Source of the DNA: Squalus acanthias
Lineage: Eukaryota
Assembly (NCBI GenBank): GCA_030390025.1
Contig: CM059432.1
Span: 99,078,001-99,142,000 of the forward strand
Direction of reading: 5' to 3'
DNA: 64,000 bases
Under the pieces are notes generated by a model. The model had not been told where the DNA came from, made no database searches, and was given only the letters and a program-made list of their open reading frames with translations. This document shows positions 1 through 11,402 of this stretch, piece by piece; the first letter of the stretch is position 1, and each line of letters opens with the position of its first letter. The position numbers were made by a program, and so were the translations under genes.

Positions 1-279
1 CTCCCTTCTAACTTGTTTTAAATCTAATTTACTACTCTTCCTCTAATTCCATAGCACTTAATTTTCTCCAGTAGCCTGCTCTGTGAAACCTTATCCAAAG
101 CTTTTTGAAAGTCCATATGAACACCATCCATTGCATCTCCCCCATTCACCATAGCTGTCATCTCCTTAAAAGAACTCTACCAGAAATATCATACGCAATC
201 TTCCTTTCTGAAATCCATGTTGACTGCTTCTAATTGTTTTTTCTTCAACTAGATGGTTATTAATTTCATCTTTAAACCA

Positions 280-1030
280 GTTAAATATTGGGAAGTCCAA
301 AGCCATTGTCTTCGGCCCCTGCCAGAAACTCTGTACCCTTGCCACTGATACCATCCTCCCCCCTCGCCACTGTCTCAGGTTGAACCAAACTGTTTACATA
401 TTCACTATCCTATTCGACCCCAAGCTGAACTTCCTACCCCATATATTCTCTATCACAATATCCGCCTACTTCCACTTTTGTAATATTGCCCACCTCAGCT
501 CCTGCCTTAATCCATCTGCTATTGAAACCCTCATCCATGCCTTTGTCAGCTCCAGACTTAATTATTCTAATGCTCTTTTCACTGGCTTCCCATCATCCAC
601 GCTCTGTAAACTTCAGCTCATCCAAAACTCTGCTGCCTGTATTCTATCCTGCACCAAGTCCTGCTCACCCATCACCAGATGTTGACCTACATTAGCTCCT
701 GCTCTCCCCCAATGGCTCTAGTTTAAAAGTCTCATCCTCGTGTTTAAATGCTTTCATGATCTTGCTCCTCGCTATCTCTGTAGCCTTCTACAACCCTACA
801 TATCCCCAGAATTGTCCGTTCCTCTGACTCTGCCCTCTTGTGCATCCCCCACCCCCACCGCCCCATCGCTTCGCCCCATCATGGGCAGGCACGCCTTCAG
901 CCATCTAGGCCCTATGCTCTGGAATTCTCTCCCTCCACCTCTCCACCTCCCTCTCTTCCTTTAATACCTTCCTTCAACCCACCTCTTTACCCATGTTAAA
1001 AGTGCTACATAATTATAAGTTGCTGTTGTT
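280..1030 (+). mobile_element. L2-type LINE 3' fragment
   Basis: Peptides 'AIETLIHAFVSSRLNYSNALF...KLQLIQNSAA' and 'RHAFSHLGPMLWNSLP' are typical of the L2 ORF2 C-terminus. It ends in an aaagtgctacat...gttgctgttg tail. Confidence 0.8.
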
Positions 1031-1287
1031 TTAATTAAAAATTCCAAAATTTTCTTTGCCACAGATGTTAAACTAACCAGCCTGTAATTACCTGGGTATT
1101 GCATTGATCACTCTCCAGTCCTCTGTCCCATATCCACGCTCAATAGAACCTTGAACCATAAGTTCTAAGGGCTCTGCATTACCTTCTCCCATTTCCCTCA
1201 GGATCTTTGGATGTAATCCATCAGGTTCCAGCACTTTGCCCTCCTTTAGCTTAAACAACTACTATTTCATGTTATTTGCTTTAAGTA

Positions 1288-2105
1288 CTTTACAGCAAGA
1301 CCTGGACGATATTCAGGCTTGGGCTGATAAGTGGCAAGTAACATTTGAGCCACACAAGTGCCAGGCAATGACTATCTCCAACAAGCGAGAGTCTAACCAC
1401 CGCCCCTTGACATTCAACGGCATTACCATCGCCGAATCCCCCACCATCAACATCCTGGAGGTCACCATTGACCAGAAACATAACTGGCCCAGCCACATAA
1501 ATACTGTGGCTACAAGAGCAGGTCAGCGGCTGGGTATTCTGCAGCGAGTGGCTCACCTTATGACTCCCAAAGTCTTTCCACCATCTACAAAGCACAAGTC
1601 AGGAGTGTGATTGAATACTCTCCACTTGCCTGGATGAGTGCAGCTCTGACAATACTCAAGAAGCTTGACACCATCCTGGCCAAAGCAGCCAGCTTGATTT
1701 GCACCCCAACCACCACCTTAAACAGTCACTCCCTCCACCACCGGTGCACCGTGGCTGCAGTGTGCACCATCTACAAATGCACTGCAGCAACTCACCAAGG
1801 CTTCTTCAACAGCACCTCCCAAACCCGCGACCTCTACCACCTAGAAGGACAAGGACAGCAGGTGCATGGGATCACCATCACCTCCAAGTCACACACCACC
1901 CTGACTTGGAAATATATTGACGATCCTTCATCGTCGCTGGGTCAAAATCCTGGAACTCCCTCCCTAACAGCACTGTGAGAGTACCTTCACCACACGGACT
2001 GCAGCAGTTCAAGAAGGCGCTCACAACCCCATTCTCAAGGGCAATTAGGGATGGGCAATAAATGCTGGCCTTGCCAGCGGCGCCCACATCCCATGAATGA
2101 ATAAC
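1288..2105 (+). mobile_element. CR1/L2-group LINE 3' fragment (second family)
   Basis: Post-RT peptides 'LQQDLDDIQAWADKWQVTFEPHKCQ' and 'EYSPLAW'. The 3' UTR ends gggcaattagggatgggcaataaatgctggccttgccagc...tgaatgaat. Confidence 0.8.
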
Positions 2106-2821
2106 AAAAAATCTCTCATCTCACTTTCAACCAATTTAGGATGTACCTCCTTCCCAACATCCCTAAACACTGAAGCACAGTACTTGTTAAATATCTCCAC
2201 CAATTTCCGCTTATCCTCTATTAACTCACTATCCTCTCCTCTCAGGGATCTCTTCTCACATTTGATAATTCTCTTTTTAATGACATATTTGTAGACTACT
2301 GTGTTTTTAAAAAATATTTTTTGAGATTCTCTCCTCATGGTCCATCTTCCTTTCCTTATCCCTTTCATGACCTCATTTCCTTATTTTTTCCTATTCTCTC
2401 TTTCTTTTATCATACCTATTCCATCAGCAATTCATAATTAGGAAGAAAATGAGGCCTCTCTCAAAATTATTATTAAAGATGAATTTTGGGGGTTAGGTGC
2501 ACAAATCTGCTACATTTCAAAGTTAATGAAAACAGTCAATTTGTTTTTCCACTAGATGGCAGAAGAATACCAGTAATGTCATAGAGTAGCGCTTATTTAC
2601 CTTTCTCCTGATATATTTGTGTTAAGAAAATTAATACATTTTTCTGATAAATTAGGCGGTCACTTCCAGTGTATACACATTTATCATATCTTCAACTAAG
2701 TCAAACAGTTCAATGAATCCAAATGTTTGGGGTTTAAAATAAGTTTAGCATTCAGATAAAAAATATAACAAGACATTTAACTGTTGTTAGCAATGATCAA
2801 CATTAAGTACAGAGACGTCTT

Positions 2822-2867
2822 TTATTAGGTAATGCAGTGCACCAGACAGCACTGCATTACCTAATAA
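2822..2867. repeat. Perfect 19-bp inverted repeat with 8-nt loop
   Basis: ttattaggtaatgcagtgc-accagaca-gcactgcattacctaataa. Confidence 0.9.
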
Positions 2868-3110
2868 CCATTGTCGGCTTCACATGTTGCTCCAGAATGG
2901 GTGACTTAAATATCAACTTCCATTGCTGCCGAGCACTCAACCCAAGCTGGCTCCTGCATGCTGATTGAATACTAAAGTTACACATATCTGAATACATTTA
3001 GGGACAATCATGTTATGATGTATAACCATTTATATTGATTTAGATTATCAAGGTGTTAGTTTTTTCAATGTTTATAATATTTCAGTATCACACTAAAAAC
3101 ATATTTGCCA

Positions 3111-3560
3111 GTGTCAGCTGTGGCTCAGTTGGTAGCACACTTGCCTCTGAGTCAGAAGGTTGTGGGTTCAAGTCCCACTGCAGGGACTTGAGTACATAAA
3201 GCTAGGCTGACACTGGAGTGCTGCACTGTCGGAGGTGCCATCTTTCAGATGAGACATTAAACCGAGGCCCCGTCTGCTCTGCCAGGTGGATGTAAAAGAT
3301 CCCATGGCACTATTTCGAAAAGGAGTAGGGGAGTTATCCCTGGTGTCCTGGCCAATATTTATCCCTCAACCAACATAACAAAAACAGATTATCTGGTCAT
3401 TATCACATTGCTGTTTGTGGGACTTTGCTGTGCGCAAATTGGCTGCTGTGTTTCCCACATTACAACAGTGACTCCACTTCAAAAAGTACTTCATTGACTG
3501 TAAAGCGCTTTGAGACGTCCGGTGGTCGTGAAAGGCGCTATATAAATGCAAGTTTTTCTT
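3111..3560 (+). mobile_element. tRNA-derived Deu-domain SINE (SacSINE1/AmnSINE1-like), near full length
   Basis: A box tggctcagttgg and B box ggttcaagtcc. Central gtgctgcactgtcggaggtgcc...aaagatcccatggcactatt block. L2-type tail aaaggcgctatataaatgcaagt. Confidence 0.85.
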
Positions 3561-5022
3561 TTGTCTTAGAAAACAATGATGAAAAGATGCCTTTCCTTCT
3601 CCCCCCCCCCCCCACCCCCCATCTTACAGTACACCTGATATATTCCATTACAAATCTTTATATGTTTTTATAAAGGATTCAATACTATTTCAAGAAGGGA
3701 AAGAGCTCAGCATGCCATCATGGCATTATGCCTCACGCTAGTGATCAATGACATTTACCAAAACAAATAATAGTATCATGAAGAAAATATCTGTAGCATG
3801 TTGCTAAACAGGATTGGGAAGTTATATCAGTGCCTTTTAAACAAAATTGATGCTCCTTTAAAATCTGAGAACAAATTAATTGCTAGATAAAATGTAAAAT
3901 TTGGACAAATATGTATCCATTTCCAGTCTTACTCATTTTTATTCATGTCTGTTTTAACAATTTTTTAAATGAACCACTTAGATGACAATACTTCTAAAAT
4001 TCAGAACAGAACGGCCTGTAATTATTTGCAATGCTAATGTTATTACTGATGGTACAATTAGTTCTAAACATCGCCAAAAGGTTGATGTATAGTTGCACCT
4101 CTAGTGCTATTTACATAGACATCAGTAGAGGCAAATGAAAGGGCAGGAATAAAAGAAATAATATATATTGGTGTGCATTATCAATAAATGCCCATTCTAC
4201 GTGTTGTTTATTCTTTCAGTGGATTTGTTTCCCAGTCAATGAGCTTCACAAATCTTAATGATTGCTCTATTTGCAAATGACATTGTTTTCTGCTTGTAAT
4301 TAAATACTAGGCCTGAACACAAAACCCAAATCCAAATTGGGCCACATTAGATGAATTCAGAAAGTATAAAGGGCTGAAATTCACCAAGGATGCTGCTGGC
4401 CTCCCATCATAATTCCAGACTGACACTAGCAGAACCCCACAGATATATAATGGTAGAGACTAAAATTGCGCCGGGTCTCTGCTGTTTCCTTGAATTTCTG
4501 CTTGGGCCTCGAAATCCTTCTGCCCCTTACTTGAGCATCCACGTCAGAGGGTACAGAGCCAAGGGCAGTGCTGAGGGCAGGGACTCCCAAGCTGGGCATC
4601 ACCACTCCCATGGCCTAATGGAGACCAAGGCAGAAAAGCACTACTGGCCTGCAATCCCAGCAGAAGTTGGCCCCACCTGTGGGAGAGTCCAGGCTGGAAT
4701 CGGGACCTGTACCCCTTAGTAAGAGAAGCCCAGAAATGCTGTGTGGGCCATATTTTGCTTCGATTGGTGAGGTGGGGGTGGGGGTCGGGGGGGACAGCAA
4801 TGATTCCCCCCCTCCCAGGCTGACCATTTACATTACACGATATGGCCTCTTCTGTTGGGGGTGATCCAGATGTACTCACGAGCGTCAATGGCTCACTTTC
4901 TATGATGCTGTCCCCATGACCTCTGAATTGTGACATGGTGAGTAACGGCATTAAACCACACATGTTCAGACTCAAAATGTTGCCATTTAAAATTGGATTC
5001 ATCTCTCCCTTTAAAAGCCCTA

Positions 5023-7566
5023 GGGCTTGATTTTAATAGCCCTGAGGAGGCGGGTTTGGAGGTGAGTGGGCAGCGAAAATCAGAAAAAATGGCTTCAGAC
5101 TGCCAAGCCCCCACACGATTTTCGTGAGTGTCGGGTCAGCCGCTCCCAAACTGACCCGACTGGAACCGGTGGGACAGGTAGTTAAGGCAGTTAACAGCCT
5201 GTTACACTGCCTTGCTAATCCTATTTTGATAGTGGTTTCTCATTTTCGTGCTTCTGGCTCCTGTTTCCCGTCTTGTCAGAAACAGGCCAGCTTCAGGGAG
5301 ACGAGTTGCTGGAGGACATGATTTGGAGTTATTGGTGCTACACTTTAAAAGCGTCCTTTAACATGGCTGACATTCAAATGCAACAACTTTGTTGTTGGAG
5401 GTTTGGGATAAGTTCATAAGAAATAGGAGCAGGAGTAGGCCATTCGGCCCTTCGAGCCTGCTCCGCCATTCAATAAGATCATGGCTGATCGTCAACCTCA
5501 ACTCCACTTTCCTGCACTAATCCCATATCCCTTGATTCCCTTAATATCCAACAATCTATAGATCTCTGTCTTGAATATATTCAACGACTGAGCCTCCACA
5601 GCCCTCTGGGGTAGAGAATTCCAAAGATTCACATCCCTCTGAGTAAAGAAATTCCTCCTCATCTCAGTCTTAAATGGCCGACCCCTTATTCTGAGACTGT
5701 GGCCTCTAGTTCTAGACTCCCCAGCCAGGGGAAACATCCTCCCAGCATCTACCCTGTCAAGCCCCTTAAGAATTTTATATGTTTCAATGAGATCACCTCC
5801 CATTCTTCTAAACGCCAGGGAATATAGGCCTAGTGTACTCAACCTTCGTTGCACTCCCTCCAAGGCAAGTATATCCTTTCATAGGTAAAGAAACCAAAAT
5901 TATCTATGCTTACTTTACTCCAAGACTATGACTAGAGAAATAATCTAATAATTTTATAGATATTATTACATGATAGAAAAACCGTATTGTTTAAGGCTGA
6001 AAAATACAGAATATAGGTTTGATCCACCACACTGCTGAGAACACCCACACCATCATACTATAAGAGGCAGGGTAGGTCAGCTACTTGAGCATCGACTGAT
6101 CTAGTCAAGACCAATGATAATAGTAGAACATCTTTCTACAACATCAGGTTGATAGTGGCCTTGGAGGCCCTTTACTAAAATAGAAAAGTTCAGGATATTA
6201 TCAGTCACAGTGATCCCCACTAACTCAGTGAAAGACAAAAATAGCCAATGCATAAAACTCAATGGAACTGAAGTTCTCGGTCAATGGGTCTTTTAAATTA
6301 TAGAGGGCCTGAACCCGACATAATTTACAAGGAATCTGATTCTTATTTTTGTGCGGCTTTTTCCAGTTACAATTAAATAATTCTTGAGGATAATAATCCA
6401 AATAGTCTACTAAGGTAGTTCTGATATTTGCAAATCTAATAAACATGTGACTGTTCAAGCTGACACCCATCTGCAGCGTTACCTGATTGGAATAATTTCA
6501 GAGCACTTTGAGCAAGCTTCTTGCCTCAACTGAAATCTATAGCAACAGGATGGGAACCATTTACATCCTCTTATCCTGGTCGTCAGATTCAGAGAAAGAG
6601 CAGCCGCAGCAGCACCACAACCAGCCACAACAGCAGCACCAGCACCAGGAGCGCCAACCTCCTCCTCACCCACCTGATGCTGCACTGGACACAGGGCATC
6701 AGCCCCTGACAAAATTGCTGGCCGGGAGACCAGCGATGGCATCACCATGGCCAGATTTTCTTCACTTGATGCTGTAAACCCTGGCTGCCACATGATGTGC
6801 CAGGTTGACACCATCCCACACCAGCACCGTGAAGCATCCCTTTAATGTCCAAGCCATTCCATGCACACACATCACTATAGCAGGGGTGGGGGGTAGTGAG
6901 TTATGACTGAACAATCACTGGAACTCAGTAAGACACTTTTCAATGTGTGTTCAGATCTGTCCAATAAGGAGCACTTTTGGAAAAAGATATTACACTGTAT
7001 GACAACACAGTACCAGAAACTTCACATGGACATTGGCTCAACCTCTCAAGTGTCTACCCTTGTGTGTTGTTAGTTGGTATGCTTGCAGTAGGATGAGGGT
7101 GAGTGTGAGGGGTGGCTAGTGAGATGCAGAAATGATAAAGTAGATAGAGAGAGTTGGGTGGAGGTGCAAGGTAAGTTGGTGTCCTGGTGAAGTCTCTTCT
7201 GCCCTTGGAAGGGAAGAGAACCTCCCTGCGTGCTGTGACTCCCTCTATAAGCATATAACCATAAGAGAGTCATTGGAGAGCCTGGGTGAAAGTGTTCACC
7301 TGTGTGCCGTGATTGTCAGTGTTTACAGCACCTCAATGCTGTCAAACACTGACAGATCAACTGTCAAAATAAAATTGTGCATGGTCCCTTTAAGGAAACT
7401 GGCAGATGACGCATCATCAAATGACGTCATCAGACCCGCTTCCTGTTAATTAAGGCCAATCAAGGGAAAATCACATCTGCAGAGCGGAGGCAGCTGGGGG
7501 CGGGACCAGAACCCGGAAACCAGCTGACCCGCCACCCATCTCGCCTCCAGAATTAAATTTGCGGCC
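5023..7566. mobile_element. Internally deleted Harbinger derivative interrupted by CR1 (boundaries tentative)
   Basis: Ends gggcttgatttt ... aaatttgcggcc. A Gln/His-rich N-terminal remnant lies on + (6550-6780) and a Myb-gene start on - ('MLIEGVTARREVLFP', ~7200-7290). Confidence 0.5.
5416..5900 (-). mobile_element. CR1 LINE 3' end
   Basis: 'LGLYSLAFRRMGGDLIETYKIL...RTRGHSL...RRNFFTQR..NLWNSLP', followed by the CR1 3' UTR. Confidence 0.92.
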
Positions 7567-7644
7567 ATAGAATCAGTCTCATATGTACACATGCAAAGCT
7601 ATTTTCTGTAAGTATGTCCAGAATTTGATGCCACTATGATTAAG

Positions 7645-7990
7645 GGTCCGATAGCATAGTGGTTATGTTACTGGACTAGCATTCCTGAGGCCTGCACTTA
7701 TAATCCAGAGACGGTGATTTCAAATTCAGGTTCAGTTTAAAAAATCTGGAAATAACAAAAATCTGGTATCAGTAAAATGACCATGAAGCTATCGGATTGT
7801 CATAAAAAACAAAATTTGTTCAGTAATGTCCCTTTAGGGAAGGGAAACCTACTGTCCTTACCCAGTCAGGCCTATATGTGTCTCCTGTCCAACACCAATG
7901 TGGTTGACTCTTAACTGCCATCTGAAGTGGTCTAGCAAGTCACTCAGTCAGGGCAAGTAGGGATGGACAATAAATACCGGCCTTGCCAGT
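7645..7990 (+). mobile_element. tRNA-derived SINE (second family) sharing its 3' tail with the LINE at 1288-2105
   Basis: A-box-like tagcatagtgg. Body contains gggaagggaacctactgtcc...aatgtggttgactcttaactgcc. Tail gggcaagtagggatggacaataaataccggccttgccag. Confidence 0.7.
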
Positions 7991-9129
7991 CATTATATTT
8001 CCTCCATTTATGGTATATGGATTACGTTGTAATATAGGGGTTTGATTTGACTGTTATCATGTTGGTCTGTTGTCTCATTCACTGGTCCGATGGCCCGCTA
8101 TGTGTGTCGAGATGAGGAAAAATCTAAATTATCTTCTAGTCTGTCAACATCTGCATCCCTATCAGAGTACTAGGTATTCTCACAGCTCAGTGAAAGATCA
8201 GTCAGAAATGTTCTGGTACCATAGGGGGGCTCTTTCTTTACTCATGCAAGAGTTTCAGGAAATGCAAATTCTGGATAATTGAATTTACAGCCATTTGGCC
8301 CATTGTGTTTGTGTCAGTGCTAGCTCTCCAATTTAATCCGGCTATTCTAACTCAAATTCCCTGCTCTTTCTTTGTATTGTTTTATATTCATCCTTTTCAA
8401 ATACTTATCCAATGCACTTTTAAATTAAAAGGGCTGATATTCCTTCCCACTCATACCTTTGCATAATCAGGTGCAACGCAGTTGAAGTGCATTTTTCTTG
8501 GCATGACCTGAGCCTGCCTGCATTGCCAGGTTCAGGTCATTTTAATGGGCCGGTTATTCCACTGGTACAGACCCACCTCTAGCTGGGCCTTGCACCTGGA
8601 AGTGAAGGAGGAGAAGCCAGACGGTTTCCAACCCTGAAAATCCTTTATCAGCTTGGGCTCTCCACATCCTTACTGCCTGCTCCTCTCAGATCCTTCACTT
8701 TGAACAGGACTGGGTGCAAGCCCTAAGGCCTGGTTTCTGTAGGTTCGCCTCAGAACAGTTTCCTGTCTGGTGCAGGAGGAAAATGAGGTGGGAGGTGCTA
8801 GGACCACACTCACCAAATCGGATTTGCATGCTTGCCCCTGGTGTAGGTACAAGCACTCCACCCCCTTGGGGGATTGCCAGGAAATCCCAAGGCAACTCAA
8901 AGGGGTGAAGGCCGATATTAACAGTTTCTGCCTCTTTTTCTCAGCTTTGTGCCCAGAAAATAAGCAAAGTAGAGGAAAATAGGTTTAAAAATCTATGCCT
9001 CAGTAGCCACTTGTGGGAAAGCATTCCAAGTTCGAATAACTATGAAAAGATTTATTTCAACTTCCTCCTTTCGTGTATGTCTGAATCTGTGCCCCTTGGT
9101 TACTGATTTGCCAACCAGTCTAAACAATC

Positions 9130-9988
9130 TTTCAGGTGGGTTGGGTGCAGGACAGCTGATTTCCGGCTTCCGGTCCCGTCCCCAGCTGCATCTGCTCCAC
9201 AGACGTGATTTTGCCTTGATTGACCTTGTTAAGCCAGCCCTGTAGACTTGCCGGCCAATTAACAGGAAGCGGGTCTGATGACGTCATTTGATGACGTGTC
9301 ATCTGCCGGTTTCCTTAAAGGCACCATGCACAATTTGATTTTGACAGTTGATTTCTGTGTTTGACAGCATTGAGGTGCTGAAAACGCTGACAATCACTGC
9401 ACAAAGGTGAGCTCTTGCACCCAGGCTCTCCAATGACTCCTTCAATAGGCTGGAATAGATGGCAGCTGCAGGTGAGGTGACAGAAGTGATCTGTCACTGG
9501 TGAGAGAGGTTTTCCCAATGAGGTGGCACTGGACATGGATTTAAAAACTTGTAAGCTAAAGAAAAGTGTAAATGTATTAAAAATGCAGCACCCAACATTT
9601 TCTTTGCTCTGAAACTCACCATGTGCAACATTGCATCCTTGACACCACTTCTGAAGCTGTCATCATTCCACAAACATTACACCAGACTCATAACACGCCA
9701 CACTTACCTGGCGTGGTGTCCGGACATCGGGAAACCCGACCCAGAAGCGGGAAAATCCAAAAACATGCTGAAAACTGCTGACAAGTACCTGTTAATAGGC
9801 AGGTAATTGCCTTTAATCCTCTTCCCGCTGCTAGGCGTCGGGTCCATTTGCAAATTTGGGACTCGACACTTGGGAAAGTTGTTTGGAGGCGGGTTGATGG
9901 CGGGATCGGAACCCGCCGTCAATCAAAACGAATTTAACCTCTGACCCGCCTCCAAACCCGCCCTCTGAGCGCTGGCAAAATCACAGCC
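9130..9988 (+). mobile_element. Non-autonomous Harbinger derivative (family A)
   Basis: Alignable by eye to 59648-60524 and, in reverse, to 13135-13765 and 7270-7566. Right end gcaaaatcacagcc. Confidence 0.75.
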
Positions 9989-11402
9989 ATAATATCTAAA
10001 TGTCCATTTCTAGCTATTAATGCCAGATGTGGGAGTGATAAAAAAAAAACATGCATTGTTAAGTAGTGCAGTTATCATACATTGATTGGCTACTAGCAAA
10101 ATTTGAGATATTCTTACAGTTATATGATAATAATTATATGTTACGATTAGCTCCATACACCATCGTATAAAAGATAAATGATTATCACTTTCAGCTGGCT
10201 GTTAAGGATTACTGGTGAGTTTTTCCGGGTGGTTTGGTTGGTAACTGCACTGCACTGAGCCATCCTGCCGGCCTCCGCATCATCTCTGCTGGATTCAGGT
10301 GGGAGTCAAGATCAGGATATTTTAATGAATCCTGGGAGTAAAAATTGTCAGGGCCTCATGCTGGTGCTGTCGTGGGCACTTTCCTCCAACTCCGGCCACA
10401 GCAAGCTGCACTCCTGCCCCAGGTTAATATCAGGGCTGTTCCCTCAGTACAGCTGCTATATACCAATCTTTGATTGAAACAAGACCATTTTAATTACACT
10501 TTGCTTTTAAAAAATATAAAAATGTAAATAATATCTTTGCAATGTAAACTATTTATAATGTGTTATTTCTTGCAAGCATAAATGTCCTCTTTTCACTTTG
10601 ACTGTTTTAAATCATAAACAAGATGCTCTCAACTGATATGGGCACTGCCAGTCTGTTCACCAGATTCTGACATGCATAATCTGCCAAGTCTATTATAATT
10701 CATTCCACAGGAGACATTATTAACTAGCTACTGTGAATGCAGAGCGCTGTCCCCAAAGGTAAACTGTATTTATGCTGTACATCAGTTGATGCGCACATAT
10801 GGATAAAAGCTGAAGCTTCAACAGTTTTCAATGACAGTTAAGCACTTATTAATTTTTCAGGATTTTGCTGTTTTGGTGACTCTCCTCTGTGTTTTGCAAG
10901 CGGGTTAATGCCTGAATTAAAGTGGAGAGATGAATGCCATACTAATGCATTATGTGTTTATCTGCTAATACCTAACAGTGACCTCCATGAAGGTACAATT
11001 AGTCATCACAATAGCTGGCATGGAATCCATTTTGAAAATGGTAATTATGGCTAAATGCAATACATCATGCTTAATCAGGTGGAGTTGCCGTACTTCTTTA
11101 TTTAGCAAAATATCACTAGAATGTCATTGTCTTCAGATTTTTTTAAGGTGCATTTTCATTATGATTGGCAGACAGGAATAAAAGCACAGAAAATCCATCA
11201 CAAAAAATGCTTACTCCACAAGTTTGATCTTCAGCTGGCATATCAATTTTTGATTCTAGAATTTCCCATCCAGAGAACCATACGGCCTTGAAAGTGTAGA
11301 TAAAATAGCCAATAATTTAACAATATTAATGTTTACAATAAATTGATAAAACTCTGTAATATACTCAGTTCCATTTGACTATTGTTACTATAGCTTATCT
11401 AA

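Larger units (their letters stand above)
1..2400 (-). mobile_element. Degenerate CR1 LINE ORF2 fragment, split by two LINE insertions (pieces ~1-280, ~1035-1285, ~2110-2400)
   Basis: Minus-strand peptides resemble CR1 ORF2 and are collinear across the inserts: 'NNHLVEEKTIRSSQHGFQKGR', 'PGNYRLVSLTSV' and 'KLVEIFNKYCASVF'. Confidence 0.75.

Noticed and set aside
3111..3185. tRNA gene
   Set aside because: The A/B boxes are the head of a SINE.
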